Assembly (NCBI GenBank): GCA_964372145.1 | Contig: CAYJPM010000002.1 | Coordinates: 364-64,363, forward strand | Source of the DNA: an uncultured Muribaculaceae bacterium | Lineage (GTDB): Bacteria; Bacillota_I; Bacilli_A; RF39; UBA660 | Direction: 5' to 3' | Length of the DNA stretch: 64,000 bases | Shown here: positions 40,017 through 50,207 of the stretch, one piece after another | How positions within the stretch are numbered: the first letter of the stretch is position 1 | How the letters are laid out: the number at the start of each line of letters is the position of its first letter | Translations under genes and position numbers: made by a program | Notes under the pieces: generated by a model | The model's input: only the letters and a program-made list of their open reading frames with translations | What the model was told of the DNA's origin: nothing | The model's database searches: none

Positions 40017-41569
40017 TATTTTGCTTCTTCTAAGACTCTTGTTTCTCTTATAACATTTATTTTAACTGTACCAGGATATTGCATTTCTTTTTCAATTCTT
40101 TCTTTAATATCTCTAGCTATTTTATAAGTATTGGCATCATCTACTTCACCAGGTTTAACCATTACTCTAAGTTCTCTACCTGCTTGCATAGCGTATGTTT
40201 TTTCAACACCGTCGTACGAATTACCTATTTCTTCAAGTTGCTCTAAACGTTTAATATAGTTTTCTAATGAATCATTTCTAGCTCCAGGTCTTGCTGCTGA
40301 TAATGTATCTGCAATTGCTACTAAAACTGAAATAACACTTTTTGCTTCTTCATCACCATGATGAGATGCAATTGAATTAATTACTACATCATGCTCTTTA
40401 TATTTCTTGGCAAATGATGCACCAATTTCAACATGAGAACCTTCAATTTCAAAATCTATTGCTTTACCTAAATCATGCATTAAACCAGCTCTTTTTGCTA
40501 AGTGAACATTTTCTCCTAGTTCGCTAGCCATTAATCCAGTAAGGTTTGCTACTTCAATTGAATGAGTTAAGGCATTTTGACCATAACTTGTTCTGAAATG
40601 TAACTTACCAATTAAAGTTATTATTTCTGGATCTACTTTTGTAATACCTAAATCTGTAACTGTTTTGTTACCTATTTCAATAATTTTCGAATTAAAATCA
40701 TTTGAAACTTTTTCATATATTTCTTCAATTCTCGATGGATGAATCCTTCCATCTTTAATAAGTGTTTCAATAGTGATTTTCGCTATCTCTCTGCGTAAAG
40801 GATCAAAAGATGATATAACTATAAATTCAGGTGTATCATCTATTATTAAATCTACTCCTGTTATTGATTCAATAGTTCTAATATTTCTTCCTTCTCTTCC
40901 TATTAATCTACCTTTCATATCATCACTTGGTAAATTTATAGTACTAACAGTTTGTTCATTTACTACGTCGTCTGCATATCTTTCCATAGAACTAACGATT
41001 AATTGTTTTGCTTTTTCGTTAGCTTCTAATTTTGCTTTACTTTCTTCAGAACGTATAAATTCTGCGATTTCAAGTGACATGTTTTTTTCAACAATGTCCA
41101 TTATTTTGTCTTTTGCTTTTTCTTTGCTTAAACCTGAAATTTTTTCAAGTTCTGCTACTTCTTGTTTAAGTAGCTTATCCATTTTTTCTTCTTTTTCTTG
41201 TATATTATTTTGTCTTGCTAATAACCCTTTTTCTTTTTCTTCTATTAACTGATCTCTTTTTTGTAGCATTTCTTCTCTTTTATCTAAGTTTGATTCTCTT
41301 GTTAATAGTCTGTCTTCGCTTGCTAAAATTTCAGATTTTCTTTCTTTAATTTCAGCGTCAGTTTCTTTTTTTAATTTATATGATTCTTCTTTTAATTCAA
41401 GTAAACTGTCTCTCTTATGTTTATCAGCTTCTTTTTTTGCATTTTCAATAATTTTATTAGCATTTTTTTCTGTATTTGATTTTTTAAAATAATTTATTAA
41501 CCAAATTGTAAGTATACCTATTACTATACCAAGAATAAGAGCTAAAATGGAATATAAAATATTCTCCAT
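40016..41569 (-). CDS. rny: ribonuclease Y
   Basis: N-TM, long coiled coil, KH domain (GREGRNIR), HD domain (LMHDLGKA). Confidence 0.9.
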   Translation of the reverse strand: MENILYSILALILGIVIGILTIWLINYFKKSNTEKNANKIIENAKKEADKHKRDSLLELKEESYKLKKETDAEIKERKSEILASEDRLLTRESNLDKREEMLQKRDQLIEEKEKGLLARQNNIQEKEEKMDKLLKQEVAELEKISGLSKEKAKDKIMDIVEKNMSLEIAEFIRSEESKAKLEANEKAKQLIVSSMERYADDVVNEQTVSTINLPSDDMKGRLIGREGRNIRTIESITGVDLIIDDTPEFIVISSFDPLRREIAKITIETLIKDGRIHPSRIEEIYEKVSNDFNSKIIEIGNKTVTDLGITKVDPEIITLIGKLHFRTSYGQNALTHSIEVANLTGLMASELGENVHLAKRAGLMHDLGKAIDFEIEGSHVEIGASFAKKYKEHDVVINSIASHHGDEEAKSVISVLVAIADTLSAARPGARNDSLENYIKRLEQLEEIGNSYDGVEKTYAMQAGRELRVMVKPGEVDDANTYKIARDIKERIEKEMQYPGTVKINVIRETRVLEEAK

Positions 41570-41659
41570 TTCTCCTCCTTGTTTTAGAAATTAAAATAAC
41601 CTCTATATATTTATTATAGAAGTTATTAGATAAATTAGCAAGTTATTTTAAAAATTAAT

Positions 41660-42685
41660 TTATTTATCGGCATTTTTTTTATTATTAAAATTGTAATATT
41701 CACGTACTTTATCGTTGATTTCTTGTTTTATATCTTCATTTTCTTTTAGGAAATGTTTTACATTTTCTTTTCCCTGTCCTATTTTGTCACCTTGATATGA
41801 ATACCATGCACCACTTTTTTCTACTATTCCTATTTCTGATGCTAAATCAATAAGCTCACCTTCTTTTGATATTCCTTCACCATACATAATATCAACTTGA
41901 GCAGTTTTAAATGGAGGAGCAACTTTGTTTTTAACTATTTTTATATTTGTTTTATTTCCTATTACTTGATCTCCTAATTTGATTTGTTCTCCTCTTCTTA
42001 TATCTAATCTAATTGTTGAATAAAATTTCAAAGCTCTTCCACCTGGTGTAGTTTCTGGATTACCAAACATAACCCCAACTTTTTCTCTTAATTGGTTAAT
42101 AAATATTGCTGTTGTATTAGTTTTATTCATAATCCCCGATAATTTTCTTAAAGCTTGTGACATTAATCTTGCTTGAAGTCCAACATGAGAATCTCCCATT
42201 TCACCATCTATTTCTGCTTGAGGAACTAATGCTGCTACTGAATCTATAATTATTAAACTAACTGCTTCACTTCTTACTAATGCTTCACATATTTCTAGGG
42301 CTTGTTCTCCAGTATCTGGTTGCGATAATAAAAGTTCATTTATATTAACTCCTAAAGCTTTTGCATATACTGGATCTAGAGCATGTTCTGCATCTATAAA
42401 TGCAGCTCTTCCACCATTTTTTTGTACAGCTGCTACCGCTTCTAACGCTATTGTAGTTTTACCACTTGATTCAGGTCCAAATATTTCTATTATTCTTCCT
42501 TTAGGAAATCCACCTACTCCTAAACCAACATCTAATGCAAGTGATCCTGATGATACTACATCTATTTCTATATGTTCTTTACCACCTAACTTCATTATTG
42601 CTCCTGCACCAAATTGTTTTTCTATGTCTGCTAAAACTTGTTCCAATACTTTATCTTTATTTTTTACTTCTGTTGATTTTTTCAT
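41660..42685 (-). CDS. recA: recombinase RecA
   Basis: GPESSGKTT Walker A; canonical RecA sequence throughout. Confidence 0.95.
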   Translation of the reverse strand: MKKSTEVKNKDKVLEQVLADIEKQFGAGAIMKLGGKEHIEIDVVSSGSLALDVGLGVGGFPKGRIIEIFGPESSGKTTIALEAVAAVQKNGGRAAFIDAEHALDPVYAKALGVNINELLLSQPDTGEQALEICEALVRSEAVSLIIIDSVAALVPQAEIDGEMGDSHVGLQARLMSQALRKLSGIMNKTNTTAIFINQLREKVGVMFGNPETTPGGRALKFYSTIRLDIRRGEQIKLGDQVIGNKTNIKIVKNKVAPPFKTAQVDIMYGEGISKEGELIDLASEIGIVEKSGAWYSYQGDKIGQGKENVKHFLKENEDIKQEINDKVREYYNFNNKKNADK

Positions 42686-42775
42686 TTTTTCTCCTTATAT
42701 TAACTCTGATACAACTACATTGTATATTAAAAAAAAACAAATGTCAACACAAAATCGAACAAATGTTTTTATTTA

Positions 42776-43666
42776 TTAATTTCTTCTATTACTACTTACT
42801 AATTCAATATCATTTGTAAGTTGTTTAACTCTTTCTATTATTCTTCTAGCTTTAACAAAATCTTCAGTATTTTTAGTTATAGCTAAGTGTGATTCCAATT
42901 CTTTTATATTTAAATTTGAAGTAAAAAATGTAGGCATACTTTCAGTCATTCTATATTGTAAAATAGAACCTAATATTTCATCTCTTCCCCATGATGAAAC
43001 ATTTTCTGCTCCAATGTCATCTATAAGTAGCAAGTCTATATTTTTATAATATTCAACTTTTCTTTCTAATAAATCAAAATTATCTCTCAAACTTCTTAAT
43101 AATTCTGGAAAATATACTATTTCGCTATTTACATGTTTTTTTTCCATTAACTCATTAAATAATGCTGATATTAAAAATGTTTTACCTGCTCCAAATGATC
43201 CGTGTAAAAATAAACCTTTTTGTTTTTTATTCGGATCATAATTATCGTAAAAATTTTTTAACCATTTGATAATTTCTATTCTGTTTTTATCTTTTATATC
43301 TATATCTTTCATTCTTGCATTATCTAATTCACTTTTACTAGTTACTTTGTTTTTTGCATCAGTATCAAATTTCTTTTTATATTTACAAGGAGTATATACA
43401 AAGTTAATTCTATCTTCATATTTTTCTGGAAAATATACATAACCTTCTAATCTATTTTTACATTCATATAAACCTTTGCAAGACTTACATTTTTTTAATT
43501 CATCTATTGTGTCATTTAATTTAGTTACATTTTGCATAATAGTTTTTTCACTGATTTTAAGTCTTGTAACTAGTGCTTTAAATTCATCTTTAGACATAGA
43601 TTCGTCATATGATTTTCTTATTGCATTTTCAACTTTTTTTCTATTTGGTACAGTTAATTTTTCCAT
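42776..43666 (-). CDS. dnaI: primosomal protein DnaI (helicase loader)
   Basis: Zn-binding N-terminal domain (CKSCKG...C), AAA+ GLFLHGSFGAGKTFL, LLLIDDIG box. Confidence 0.8.
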   Translation of the reverse strand: MEKLTVPNRKKVENAIRKSYDESMSKDEFKALVTRLKISEKTIMQNVTKLNDTIDELKKCKSCKGLYECKNRLEGYVYFPEKYEDRINFVYTPCKYKKKFDTDAKNKVTSKSELDNARMKDIDIKDKNRIEIIKWLKNFYDNYDPNKKQKGLFLHGSFGAGKTFLISALFNELMEKKHVNSEIVYFPELLRSLRDNFDLLERKVEYYKNIDLLLIDDIGAENVSSWGRDEILGSILQYRMTESMPTFFTSNLNIKELESHLAITKNTEDFVKARRIIERVKQLTNDIELVSSNRRN

Positions 43667-44937
43667 TAATTAAACTCCTTTAATAAATTATTCAATTCAT
43701 CTTCTTGTTCTTTTGATAAATCATCACTTTTATTACTATTATCAAACCATGCAGGTACTTTAGTTTCTTTAACTTTTGTTACTTTAGTTTTTCTTATTGT
43801 TTTTTTATGTTCTTTTTCAGCAAATTCCATTGCTTCTTTAGCTGTTTTAAGATTTGCTCTGCTCCACTGAGCTGCTATGGTTTCAACATATGCATTGGTA
43901 AGTTTATTATTATTTTTACGAAGTACATAATCTATTAATACGTTTACAACTGATGGAGATAATTCCATATCTACTATTAACATTTCTAATAATTTTAAAT
44001 CTCTACTCGTAGGATTAACACCTCTGTTTTTTCCTTTTAAAAAATCATAAGGTGTCGTATTATCAAATAACGCTATAATTTTCCCTTTCATAGACAAATC
44101 TCCATCTGGGTTTTTTAAGTAATCAGGTTGTGCTCTATAAACTAATGTTGGAAGTGCATTATTGTTAAATTGATATAATTTACGTGTTGCAATTCTTAAT
44201 TCTTTTTTATCTATCATTCCAAATTCATTTAAAACAGTCCTTATAATTTCAGCCATTTTACTAGTATCAATATTATAAATAAAGGCTAACATGTTTATTA
44301 AATGTTTTGTTTTTTTATTTAACGCTCTGTCATTTATTAAACCTTTTGGTATTGCAGATACTAACATATCAAAATCTATTTTTTCATTTACGTTTATATT
44401 ATTTATAGATCTTTCCCTTATATCCCCAGTGTTATTGAAATTACCACTTTCATATACTTCATCTAGTAATTTAGTTATTTCTGTATATTCTCTTACATCT
44501 ACTTTAATTTTGTGGTAAAAAGATTTTAATCTATCATATTCATCCTTACCTATATTATTATATAAAACTACACTAAGTATTGGATGAGAGAAAAATTCAT
44601 ACGGAGATAACGGTGAATATAATTCATATATATAACTATTAATTTCACCTTCTTTTATATATGTTTTTAAAAGTCCTATTGACTCAAGTGATTCTCTTGA
44701 ACTTTTAATTATGTTTAAATTAGCTTTTAACATACTCATTAAGTGATGATGATTAAGTTTTCGACTAAATGACTCAGAGTATTCTAAATCGTGCCATAAA
44801 GCTAAATATAGACTATTTGCAAGTGGTCCTATTATAGGTTCATATAATGCTACTAAAATTTTACGATCAAAGTCAGTTAGAATTGTTTTATTTACTACTC
44901 TATACTCATCTGCTGGTAATAATGTAAATTTATCCAT
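43666..44937 (-). CDS. dnaB: replication initiation/membrane attachment protein DnaB (Bacillus type)
   Basis: N-terminus matches B. subtilis DnaB (ILVALYEPIIGPLANSLYLALW). C-terminal DnaD-like domain (YVETIAAQWSRANLKTAKEA). Confidence 0.75.
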   Translation of the reverse strand: MDKFTLLPADEYRVVNKTILTDFDRKILVALYEPIIGPLANSLYLALWHDLEYSESFSRKLNHHHLMSMLKANLNIIKSSRESLESIGLLKTYIKEGEINSYIYELYSPLSPYEFFSHPILSVVLYNNIGKDEYDRLKSFYHKIKVDVREYTEITKLLDEVYESGNFNNTGDIRERSINNINVNEKIDFDMLVSAIPKGLINDRALNKKTKHLINMLAFIYNIDTSKMAEIIRTVLNEFGMIDKKELRIATRKLYQFNNNALPTLVYRAQPDYLKNPDGDLSMKGKIIALFDNTTPYDFLKGKNRGVNPTSRDLKLLEMLIVDMELSPSVVNVLIDYVLRKNNNKLTNAYVETIAAQWSRANLKTAKEAMEFAEKEHKKTIRKTKVTKVKETKVPAWFDNSNKSDDLSKEQEDELNNLLKEFN

Positions 44938-44993
44938 GTGCACGAATCCTTTCATGTAATATTATATAGGATATCATAAATTTAAACAAGAAA

Positions 44994-45016
44994 AAAGAGT
45001 ATATAATATACTCTTT
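44994..45016 (-). terminator. terminator downstream of tRNA-Ala
   Basis: aaagagtatat-aat-atatactcttt hairpin followed on the minus strand by a T-run. Confidence 0.55.
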
Positions 45017-45026
45017 AATTTACTTT

Positions 45027-45103
45027 TGGTGGAGAATAAGGGACTCGAACCCTTGACCCCCTGCGTGCAAGGCAGGTGCTCTAGCCAACTGAGCCAATTC
45101 CCC
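45027..45103 (-). tRNA. tRNA-Ala(TGC)
   Basis: GGGGAATTGGCTCAGTTGGCTAGAGCACCTGCCTTGCACGCAGGGGGTCAAGGGTTCGAGTCCCTTATTCTCCACCA. G3:U70, anticodon TGC, encoded CCA. Confidence 0.9.
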
Positions 45104-45160
45104 AAAAGCAAGATTATTTTATCATAGCTTTAAATAATAATCAAGCATTTATAGCAATTT

Positions 45161-45364
45161 TTATTTTTTTTTGATAATTTTTATTAGATTATTATCTAAT
45201 TCTTCTAACGCTCTGCCTAATTCTTTTTTGTTACTATAGTCCTCTTGTTTCATTTGAAAATGGTTATATTCTTGCATTTGTTTACTTCTTTGAGAAGAAA
45301 CATGCACTAATTTATACTTAGAATCAACAATATTCAGCAATTTATCTATCGATGGATAAAGCAT
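45161..45364 (-). CDS. rpoZ: DNA-directed RNA polymerase subunit omega
   Basis: MLYPSIDKLLNIVDSKYKLVHVSSQRSKQM matches B. subtilis RpoZ ([30 protein letters not shown]). Confidence 0.7.
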   Translation of the reverse strand: MLYPSIDKLLNIVDSKYKLVHVSSQRSKQMQEYNHFQMKQEDYSNKKELGRALEELDNNLIKIIKKK

Positions 45365-45448
45365 TTATATCACTCCTTACAATAATATTTTACTATAAAA
45401 ATGTTATTGATATACAATTCTAAATAAATTTTTACAATTATTTTACAA

Positions 45449-45817
45449 TTATATTGTCACTATACTTACTTTATAGTTTTCTTGATTTTTTTCTATTTTT
45501 ATTTTTAATTCATTTAGATTTTTACCTGGATTAAGCGGATCTTTAATTTTACCATCTTCATCAGTTTTTATATAGTTATTTTCAATTAAATCATTAACAT
45601 ATATATATATAGTATCACCTTCACCAAACAATTCTGTATTATTAATCGCGTATAATTCAGATTGTTTTTCTATAATATTAATTTTATTGTTGTATTCAAA
45701 TTCTTCTACATCTGTACTAAATGCATATGTAACATTTGAAACACCTATAAAATATATTACAGTAAATACTACTATAACTATTAATAATTCTATTTTAGAA
45801 AAAAAATTACTCTTCAT
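45449..45817 (-). CDS. hypothetical membrane-anchored protein with pilin-like N-terminus
   Basis: MKSNFFSKIELLIVIVVF resembles the class III/type IV prepilin N-terminal pattern (F-x-x-x-E-L-L-I-V), but position -1 is F rather than G. Confidence 0.4.
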   Translation of the reverse strand: MKSNFFSKIELLIVIVVFTVIYFIGVSNVTYAFSTDVEEFEYNNKINIIEKQSELYAINNTELFGEGDTIYIYVNDLIENNYIKTDEDGKIKDPLNPGKNLNELKIKIEKNQENYKVSIVTI

Positions 45818-45871
45818 ATTATCACCAATAATATTATATACTATTTTTTTTCATAAATCAAAAAAAGATGA

Positions 45872-46495
45872 TTAACATCTTTTTAATGGAACATATTTAT
45901 TGAAATCTTCAGACGATGTTGCATAGTATGTTTTTGTATATGATTCTAACTTTGAATTAATTTCGTCAATTATATAATTAAATCCAGATACTAATATATC
46001 ATTAGCTACTTTTTCTTTAATTTCATCTAATATCAAGAAACCTTCGCATTCATGAATACAATTTTTTTTAATAAATTCAAGTAAATAAATATAATTAGCT
46101 AATCTGCAAGCTACTGATGCTACTACTTGAGATTTTAAAGGATATTTTTTATTACTTATGTAATTTAACACTATACTTTTTTTCATATCAGAAGTTATAA
46201 CCACTTCTTCATCACCTATAGTAAACGTGTCATCTAATTCCAAATAATATATTGTATTAGCATCTGCATATACTTTACATTCATCTGGGTTAATACCCAT
46301 AACATTTTTTATTTGATTTAATATATAACCACATTTATCACGTATTTCTTTTTCTTTAATTAATTCTTTATAAACGCTTAATAATGTTTCTTTATTTACT
46401 TGATATCCTTTATACTCAATATATTCAAATATTGTTAATATATTGAATTGTTTCTTATTAAGTTCATCAAATATTTCTTTACTATTAAATTCCAT
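45872..46495 (-). CDS. hypothetical protein, member C of a three-gene tandem paralog family
   Basis: Shares with the two upstream genes the N-terminal L(T/I)(L/I)(I/F)EYM(E/T) motif and a C-terminal A..S.R...Y.Y(L/I)L.(F/I)....C segment. Confidence 0.45.
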   Translation of the reverse strand: MEFNSKEIFDELNKKQFNILTIFEYIEYKGYQVNKETLLSVYKELIKEKEIRDKCGYILNQIKNVMGINPDECKVYADANTIYYLELDDTFTIGDEEVVITSDMKKSIVLNYISNKKYPLKSQVVASVACRLANYIYLLEFIKKNCIHECEGFLILDEIKEKVANDILVSGFNYIIDEINSKLESYTKTYYATSSEDFNKYVPLKRC

Positions 46496-47214
46496 TATTG
46501 TTTTCTCTCTCTAACTGAATAATATGCATTTATAATTTCTGGTTTATAATATTTTTGCATATATACTATTATCAATTTGTCACATTCATTTATTATTGAA
46601 TTTAATTTATCATCTTTACTATTAGAAATCTCGATACCCCTTAAAACTATTTCATTTGCTACTAATTCATATATTTGACTTGGAACTGAATTAGCACCAG
46701 CCATTTTTAAACAATGATTTTCCATTATTTTTAGTATGTAATTGTATTCTAAACATCTTCTAGACATAGCTGCTATAGTAAATTCATTACGAGGATAGCA
46801 ACTATTAGCAATTTGAGTATCAATTTCAGTTCTTTTTGTATTACTACTTACCGAAATTTCCATTTTTCCTTCTTTATAAATCTCAGTTGTACTTAATACT
46901 GATTCTATATAATCTTCAGACTTTTTAGAACCAACACCTCTTCTTAAACCTGCACAAGTTAGTAAACCTACTAAGAATGCATCTATATTAGTAATATTTT
47001 CTTTAAATAGTTCTTTATTTACTAAAAACCATCCATATACTAATTTTAAATTTTCTTTATTAATTTCAATATTTAAATTTGTCATATATTCAAATAATAT
47101 TAATAATTTATATTCATTATGATTTGGATTAATAAAACATTTTTTTTCAAATTCTTTAATTAAATCATTAACGTTTAATTTGTTTATTTTAATAATATTT
47201 TCATTGTTTTTCAT
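46495..47214 (-). CDS. hypothetical protein, tandem paralog B
   Basis: See paralog C; its stop and the next start share position 46495. Confidence 0.45.
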   Translation of the reverse strand: MKNNENIIKINKLNVNDLIKEFEKKCFINPNHNEYKLLILFEYMTNLNIEINKENLKLVYGWFLVNKELFKENITNIDAFLVGLLTCAGLRRGVGSKKSEDYIESVLSTTEIYKEGKMEISVSSNTKRTEIDTQIANSCYPRNEFTIAAMSRRCLEYNYILKIMENHCLKMAGANSVPSQIYELVANEIVLRGIEISNSKDDKLNSIINECDKLIIVYMQKYYKPEIINAYYSVRERKQ

Positions 47215-47235
47215 TTGTTGTCTCCCTTTATTGTA

Positions 47236-47847
47236 TTATTTTTTTCTTGTTTTTGTAGAATTAGTACTTAAAACATTTTTTATCATATCATTAACTACTT
47301 CTTCGTTAAATTCTATTTTTTCTTCTATTAATTTTTTTGCTATTGAATGTTTAACTTCTTCAGTTGTAGCTATACATTTTTCATTCATAAGATTTATATA
47401 CCCTTCAAAAACTTTAAAATATCTAGAAGTTAACGCTTCTAACACATAATCATTTTTTGGATATTTTTTTTCATCTAAATACTTATCAAAAATATCAGTT
47501 TTCATTTCTTTTGTAACTGTTACCATTAATCCATTAATTAATTTACTAGTATTAGTAGTTAATTCTTTTATGTAATTATTTTCGATATAAGTTTCGCTAC
47601 CATTTGCAAAATTCGGTTTAAAATTTCTTTCTGCAAAGTGTTTAACAAATCTGTAATATTTGCAATTAACATTATTTTCGTCTAAATATGTTAGCGAATC
47701 CGCAATTAATATAAAGTTATTTTTATTAATTGCTATTCCTTTTTTTTCCATGTACTCAATTAGTGTAAGCGCATTACAACCATTTAAGTTAAAATAATTG
47801 TATAATTCATTTATATTTATTTTCTTTTTCATTTTTCTTTCCCCCAT
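47236..47847 (-). CDS. hypothetical protein, tandem paralog A
   Basis: See paralog C. Confidence 0.45.
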   Translation of the reverse strand: MGERKMKKKININELYNYFNLNGCNALTLIEYMEKKGIAINKNNFILIADSLTYLDENNVNCKYYRFVKHFAERNFKPNFANGSETYIENNYIKELTTNTSKLINGLMVTVTKEMKTDIFDKYLDEKKYPKNDYVLEALTSRYFKVFEGYINLMNEKCIATTEEVKHSIAKKLIEEKIEFNEEVVNDMIKNVLSTNSTKTRKK

Positions 47848-47935
47848 ATATGTTTGTATTATAACATATTTGTATCAAAAATGCAACAATTAACACTTTT
47901 GTTTCCCTATTATACCACTAAAATTATTTTAATGT

Positions 47936-47967
47936 AAATAAAAAAATCTCATTTTCAGAGACTTTTT
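47936..47967 (-). terminator. terminator after cotD-like gene
   Basis: Imperfect aaaaaaatctc/gagacttttttt hairpin immediately after the stop codon. Confidence 0.4.
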
Positions 47968-48282
47968 TTACCAACAACAAGGTTTATTATCATATACATT
48001 ACATACTACATTTTCTTCACAACAGCTATAGCATGGTATAAATTTATGACAATATACATGATGTTTAATTATTTTTGTATTGCATGGCATGATATGTGGA
48101 ACCTCATAATTTATATATTTGTGACAAACTCTTTCTTGAGGACACTCATATATTGGTTCACATCCCATATTCATCATGTTTTGATTCATATCAGCGTTTA
48201 TATCAATATTTTGGCCAGCAACTTCCATACCTTCCATTTTTACTTCGTTATTCATTTCTGGTCCAGCATAATAATTATTCAT
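47968..48282 (-). CDS. Cys/His-rich small protein, CotD-like inner spore coat protein
   Basis: 104 aa with 13 Cys and multiple His, with HKYINYEVPH/KIIKHHVYCHKFIP repeats like the CotD family. The position near gpsB/rnpB mirrors cotD in B. subtilis. Confidence 0.4.
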   Translation of the reverse strand: MNNYYAGPEMNNEVKMEGMEVAGQNIDINADMNQNMMNMGCEPIYECPQERVCHKYINYEVPHIMPCNTKIIKHHVYCHKFIPCYSCCEENVVCNVYDNKPCCW

Positions 48283-48359
48283 AATACACTTTCCTTTCTA
48301 ATTTATATTATTCTTATAATTTAAATTAGAATAGGTTTTTTCATTAAAAAAAGACTATA

Positions 48360-48962
48360 TTAGTCTTTTTTCGAAAACAAGTATGGCATAGAATTATTAA
48401 CATATTCTACTCCAGACACTACTGATAAAACAGTTGCTATCATTATAATAATTTGTGCTATTTCAATATTTACAAAGATAAATGGTATATCATAGAATAA
48501 AACTAATGTAACTCCGACCATCATAAATATCGTTTTAAGTTTACCAAGTATAGATGCTGCTACTACTTTTCCTTTGCTACCACAAACAGATTTACATGAA
48601 TCTGTAATAATATCCCTTGTAATAATAACTACAGGTATTAAAAGTGGTATCATACGGTCATATGCTAATATAATTAATAAACCATTAACTAATATTTTAT
48701 CCGCTATAGCATCTGCTGTTTTACCGAAATCAGTAATCATGTTATATTTCCTTGCTATGTAACCATCTATAAAGTCAGTACATGCTGCTACTAAAAATAT
48801 AACTCCAGCTATTATATATTTTAAATCAATAAGTTTATCATTAATTAAATATACTGGCCACTCAACATTTAATTCTCCCCATGGGATCATTAACATTATT
48901 AATAATAACAGTGATAATATAATTCTTAACATTGTTATTTTATTAGGTAAATTTAACTTCAT
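48360..48962 (-). CDS. pgsA: CDP-diacylglycerol--glycerol-3-phosphate 3-phosphatidyltransferase
   Basis: CDP-alcohol phosphotransferase motif DFIDGYIARK...G...D...DKILV. Confidence 0.85.
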   Translation of the reverse strand: MKLNLPNKITMLRIILSLLLLIMLMIPWGELNVEWPVYLINDKLIDLKYIIAGVIFLVAACTDFIDGYIARKYNMITDFGKTADAIADKILVNGLLIILAYDRMIPLLIPVVIITRDIITDSCKSVCGSKGKVVAASILGKLKTIFMMVGVTLVLFYDIPFIFVNIEIAQIIIMIATVLSVVSGVEYVNNSMPYLFSKKD

Positions 48963-48971
48963 AATTACTCC

Positions 48972-49445
48972 TTATCCGTTATAACTTATAACACTTGTTA
49001 TTTGGGTACCTATTGTAACTTGTCTTATAGCCCATCCCATAACCAAAAACATTAATGCTAAAATTAATAAAATCATAAATATTATATATTTTTTATCAAT
49101 TTTAGTATTTTTTTTAGTATAAGGGGACTTTATTTTAGCTTCATCATGATCTTCTTTCAACTGAAGTTCAATTGTTTTTTCTAATTCTTTGACAGGAATT
49201 TTTGATGTATATTCAAATAAATATTCATTAAATTCATCTATTATCTTATCAACATCTAAACCTAAATATTTTGCGTATTCTCGTATAATATTTTTAAGTT
49301 CATGCACATCTTGAAAAGAACCTATTTTTCCTGCTTCAATGTTTTCAATGTTTAACTCATTAAAATTCAAATCATTGCAAGCTTCTTTAATACTTACCCC
49401 TGACGATTCTCTAGCCTCTTTTAAGAGGGCACCTATCTCGTCCAA
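48972..49445 (-). CDS. RodZ-like HTH membrane protein
   Basis: N-terminal XRE-type HTH followed by a TM; directly upstream of pgsA as for B. subtilis rodZ (ymfM). Confidence 0.5.
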   Translation of the reverse strand: MDEIGALLKEARESSGVSIKEACNDLNFNELNIENIEAGKIGSFQDVHELKNIIREYAKYLGLDVDKIIDEFNEYLFEYTSKIPVKELEKTIELQLKEDHDEAKIKSPYTKKNTKIDKKYIIFMILLILALMFLVMGWAIRQVTIGTQITSVISYNG

Positions 49446-49483
49446 AATAATTCACTCCTTTGTATAATATATTCAAAATAAAA

Positions 49484-49827
49484 AAAATCATATAAGCCAT
49501 GTTCTGTACCTTAAAAAAGGTGACAAATATTTATCTACTATTTCTAGTCCTTTGCTTGGTTGTTATTCCCTTACAAAAGTTCCCCTACCAAAATTTGGGT
49601 TTCTCACTCGTGGGGTTTACCGCGTTTCATTCTCTTTGTTTCCAAAAAGACTCGTTTCTGTGGCACTTTACATCTAATATAATCATTTTCAGATTAGTTC
49701 GACGCCGTTAGCGTTAGCTACCATAGGTTATTTTTTCCCTAAGCACGATCATTACAATCATTTCAGATTGTGTGAGCATGGACTTTCCTCTACACAAATA
49801 TGTTATGCAGCATTTGTCATGATTTTA
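49484..49827 (-). ncRNA. rnpB: RNase P RNA, bacterial type B
   Basis: GTAGAGGAAAGTCCATGCTCACAC (P4 5' strand), GAATGAAACGCGGTAAACCCCACGAGTGAGAAACCCAAATTTTGGTAGGGGAA and ACAGAACATGGCTTA are near-identical to B. subtilis rnpB; P1 pairing is AAAUCAUG/UAUGAUUU. Confidence 0.85.
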
Positions 49828-50154
49828 TTCATATTTATTATATACTATTTTTTCTAATTGACTTATTCTTTTTAACAAATCAATATTATTAGGTGAGACA
49901 TTAGTTTCTAAATGTTCAACTTCTTCAAGTTCAGTTCTCATTCTTCTAATTTCTTGTTTTAATGTGATATTATCATCAGTTAATTCTTTAACTTGTTTAT
50001 TCAATCTTTTTATCTCATTAATATATTCAGTCTCGTCACGTATAACCATATCTAGAACTTTATCAACCTCTTGAGGACGGTATCCTCTAGCATCTACTTT
50101 AAAGTCATATTCAAGTATCTCTTGTGGAGTTAAATAAATTCTTTCGCTATACAT
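49825..50154 (-). CDS. gpsB: cell-cycle protein GpsB (DivIVA-domain)
   Basis: LTPQEILEYDFKVDARGYRPQEVDKVLDMVIRDE DivIVA N-domain plus coiled coil, 109 aa. Confidence 0.8.
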   Translation of the reverse strand: MYSERIYLTPQEILEYDFKVDARGYRPQEVDKVLDMVIRDETEYINEIKRLNKQVKELTDDNITLKQEIRRMRTELEEVEHLETNVSPNNIDLLKRISQLEKIVYNKYE

Positions 50155-50177
50155 TTTTACACCTTCTAACGTAATTT

Positions 50178-50207
50178 ATTATACCTTTTTTTGACCCTTT
50201 TTGTCAA
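50178..50207 (-). promoter_or_regulatory. sigma-A promoter of gpsB
   Basis: Minus-strand TTGACA-18 nt-TATAAT, then AGAAGGTG RBS and the ATG. Confidence 0.6.

Noticed and set aside
40773-41252. 159-aa plus-strand ORF
   Set aside because: Antisense within rny; Ser/Phe-rich low-complexity artefact.
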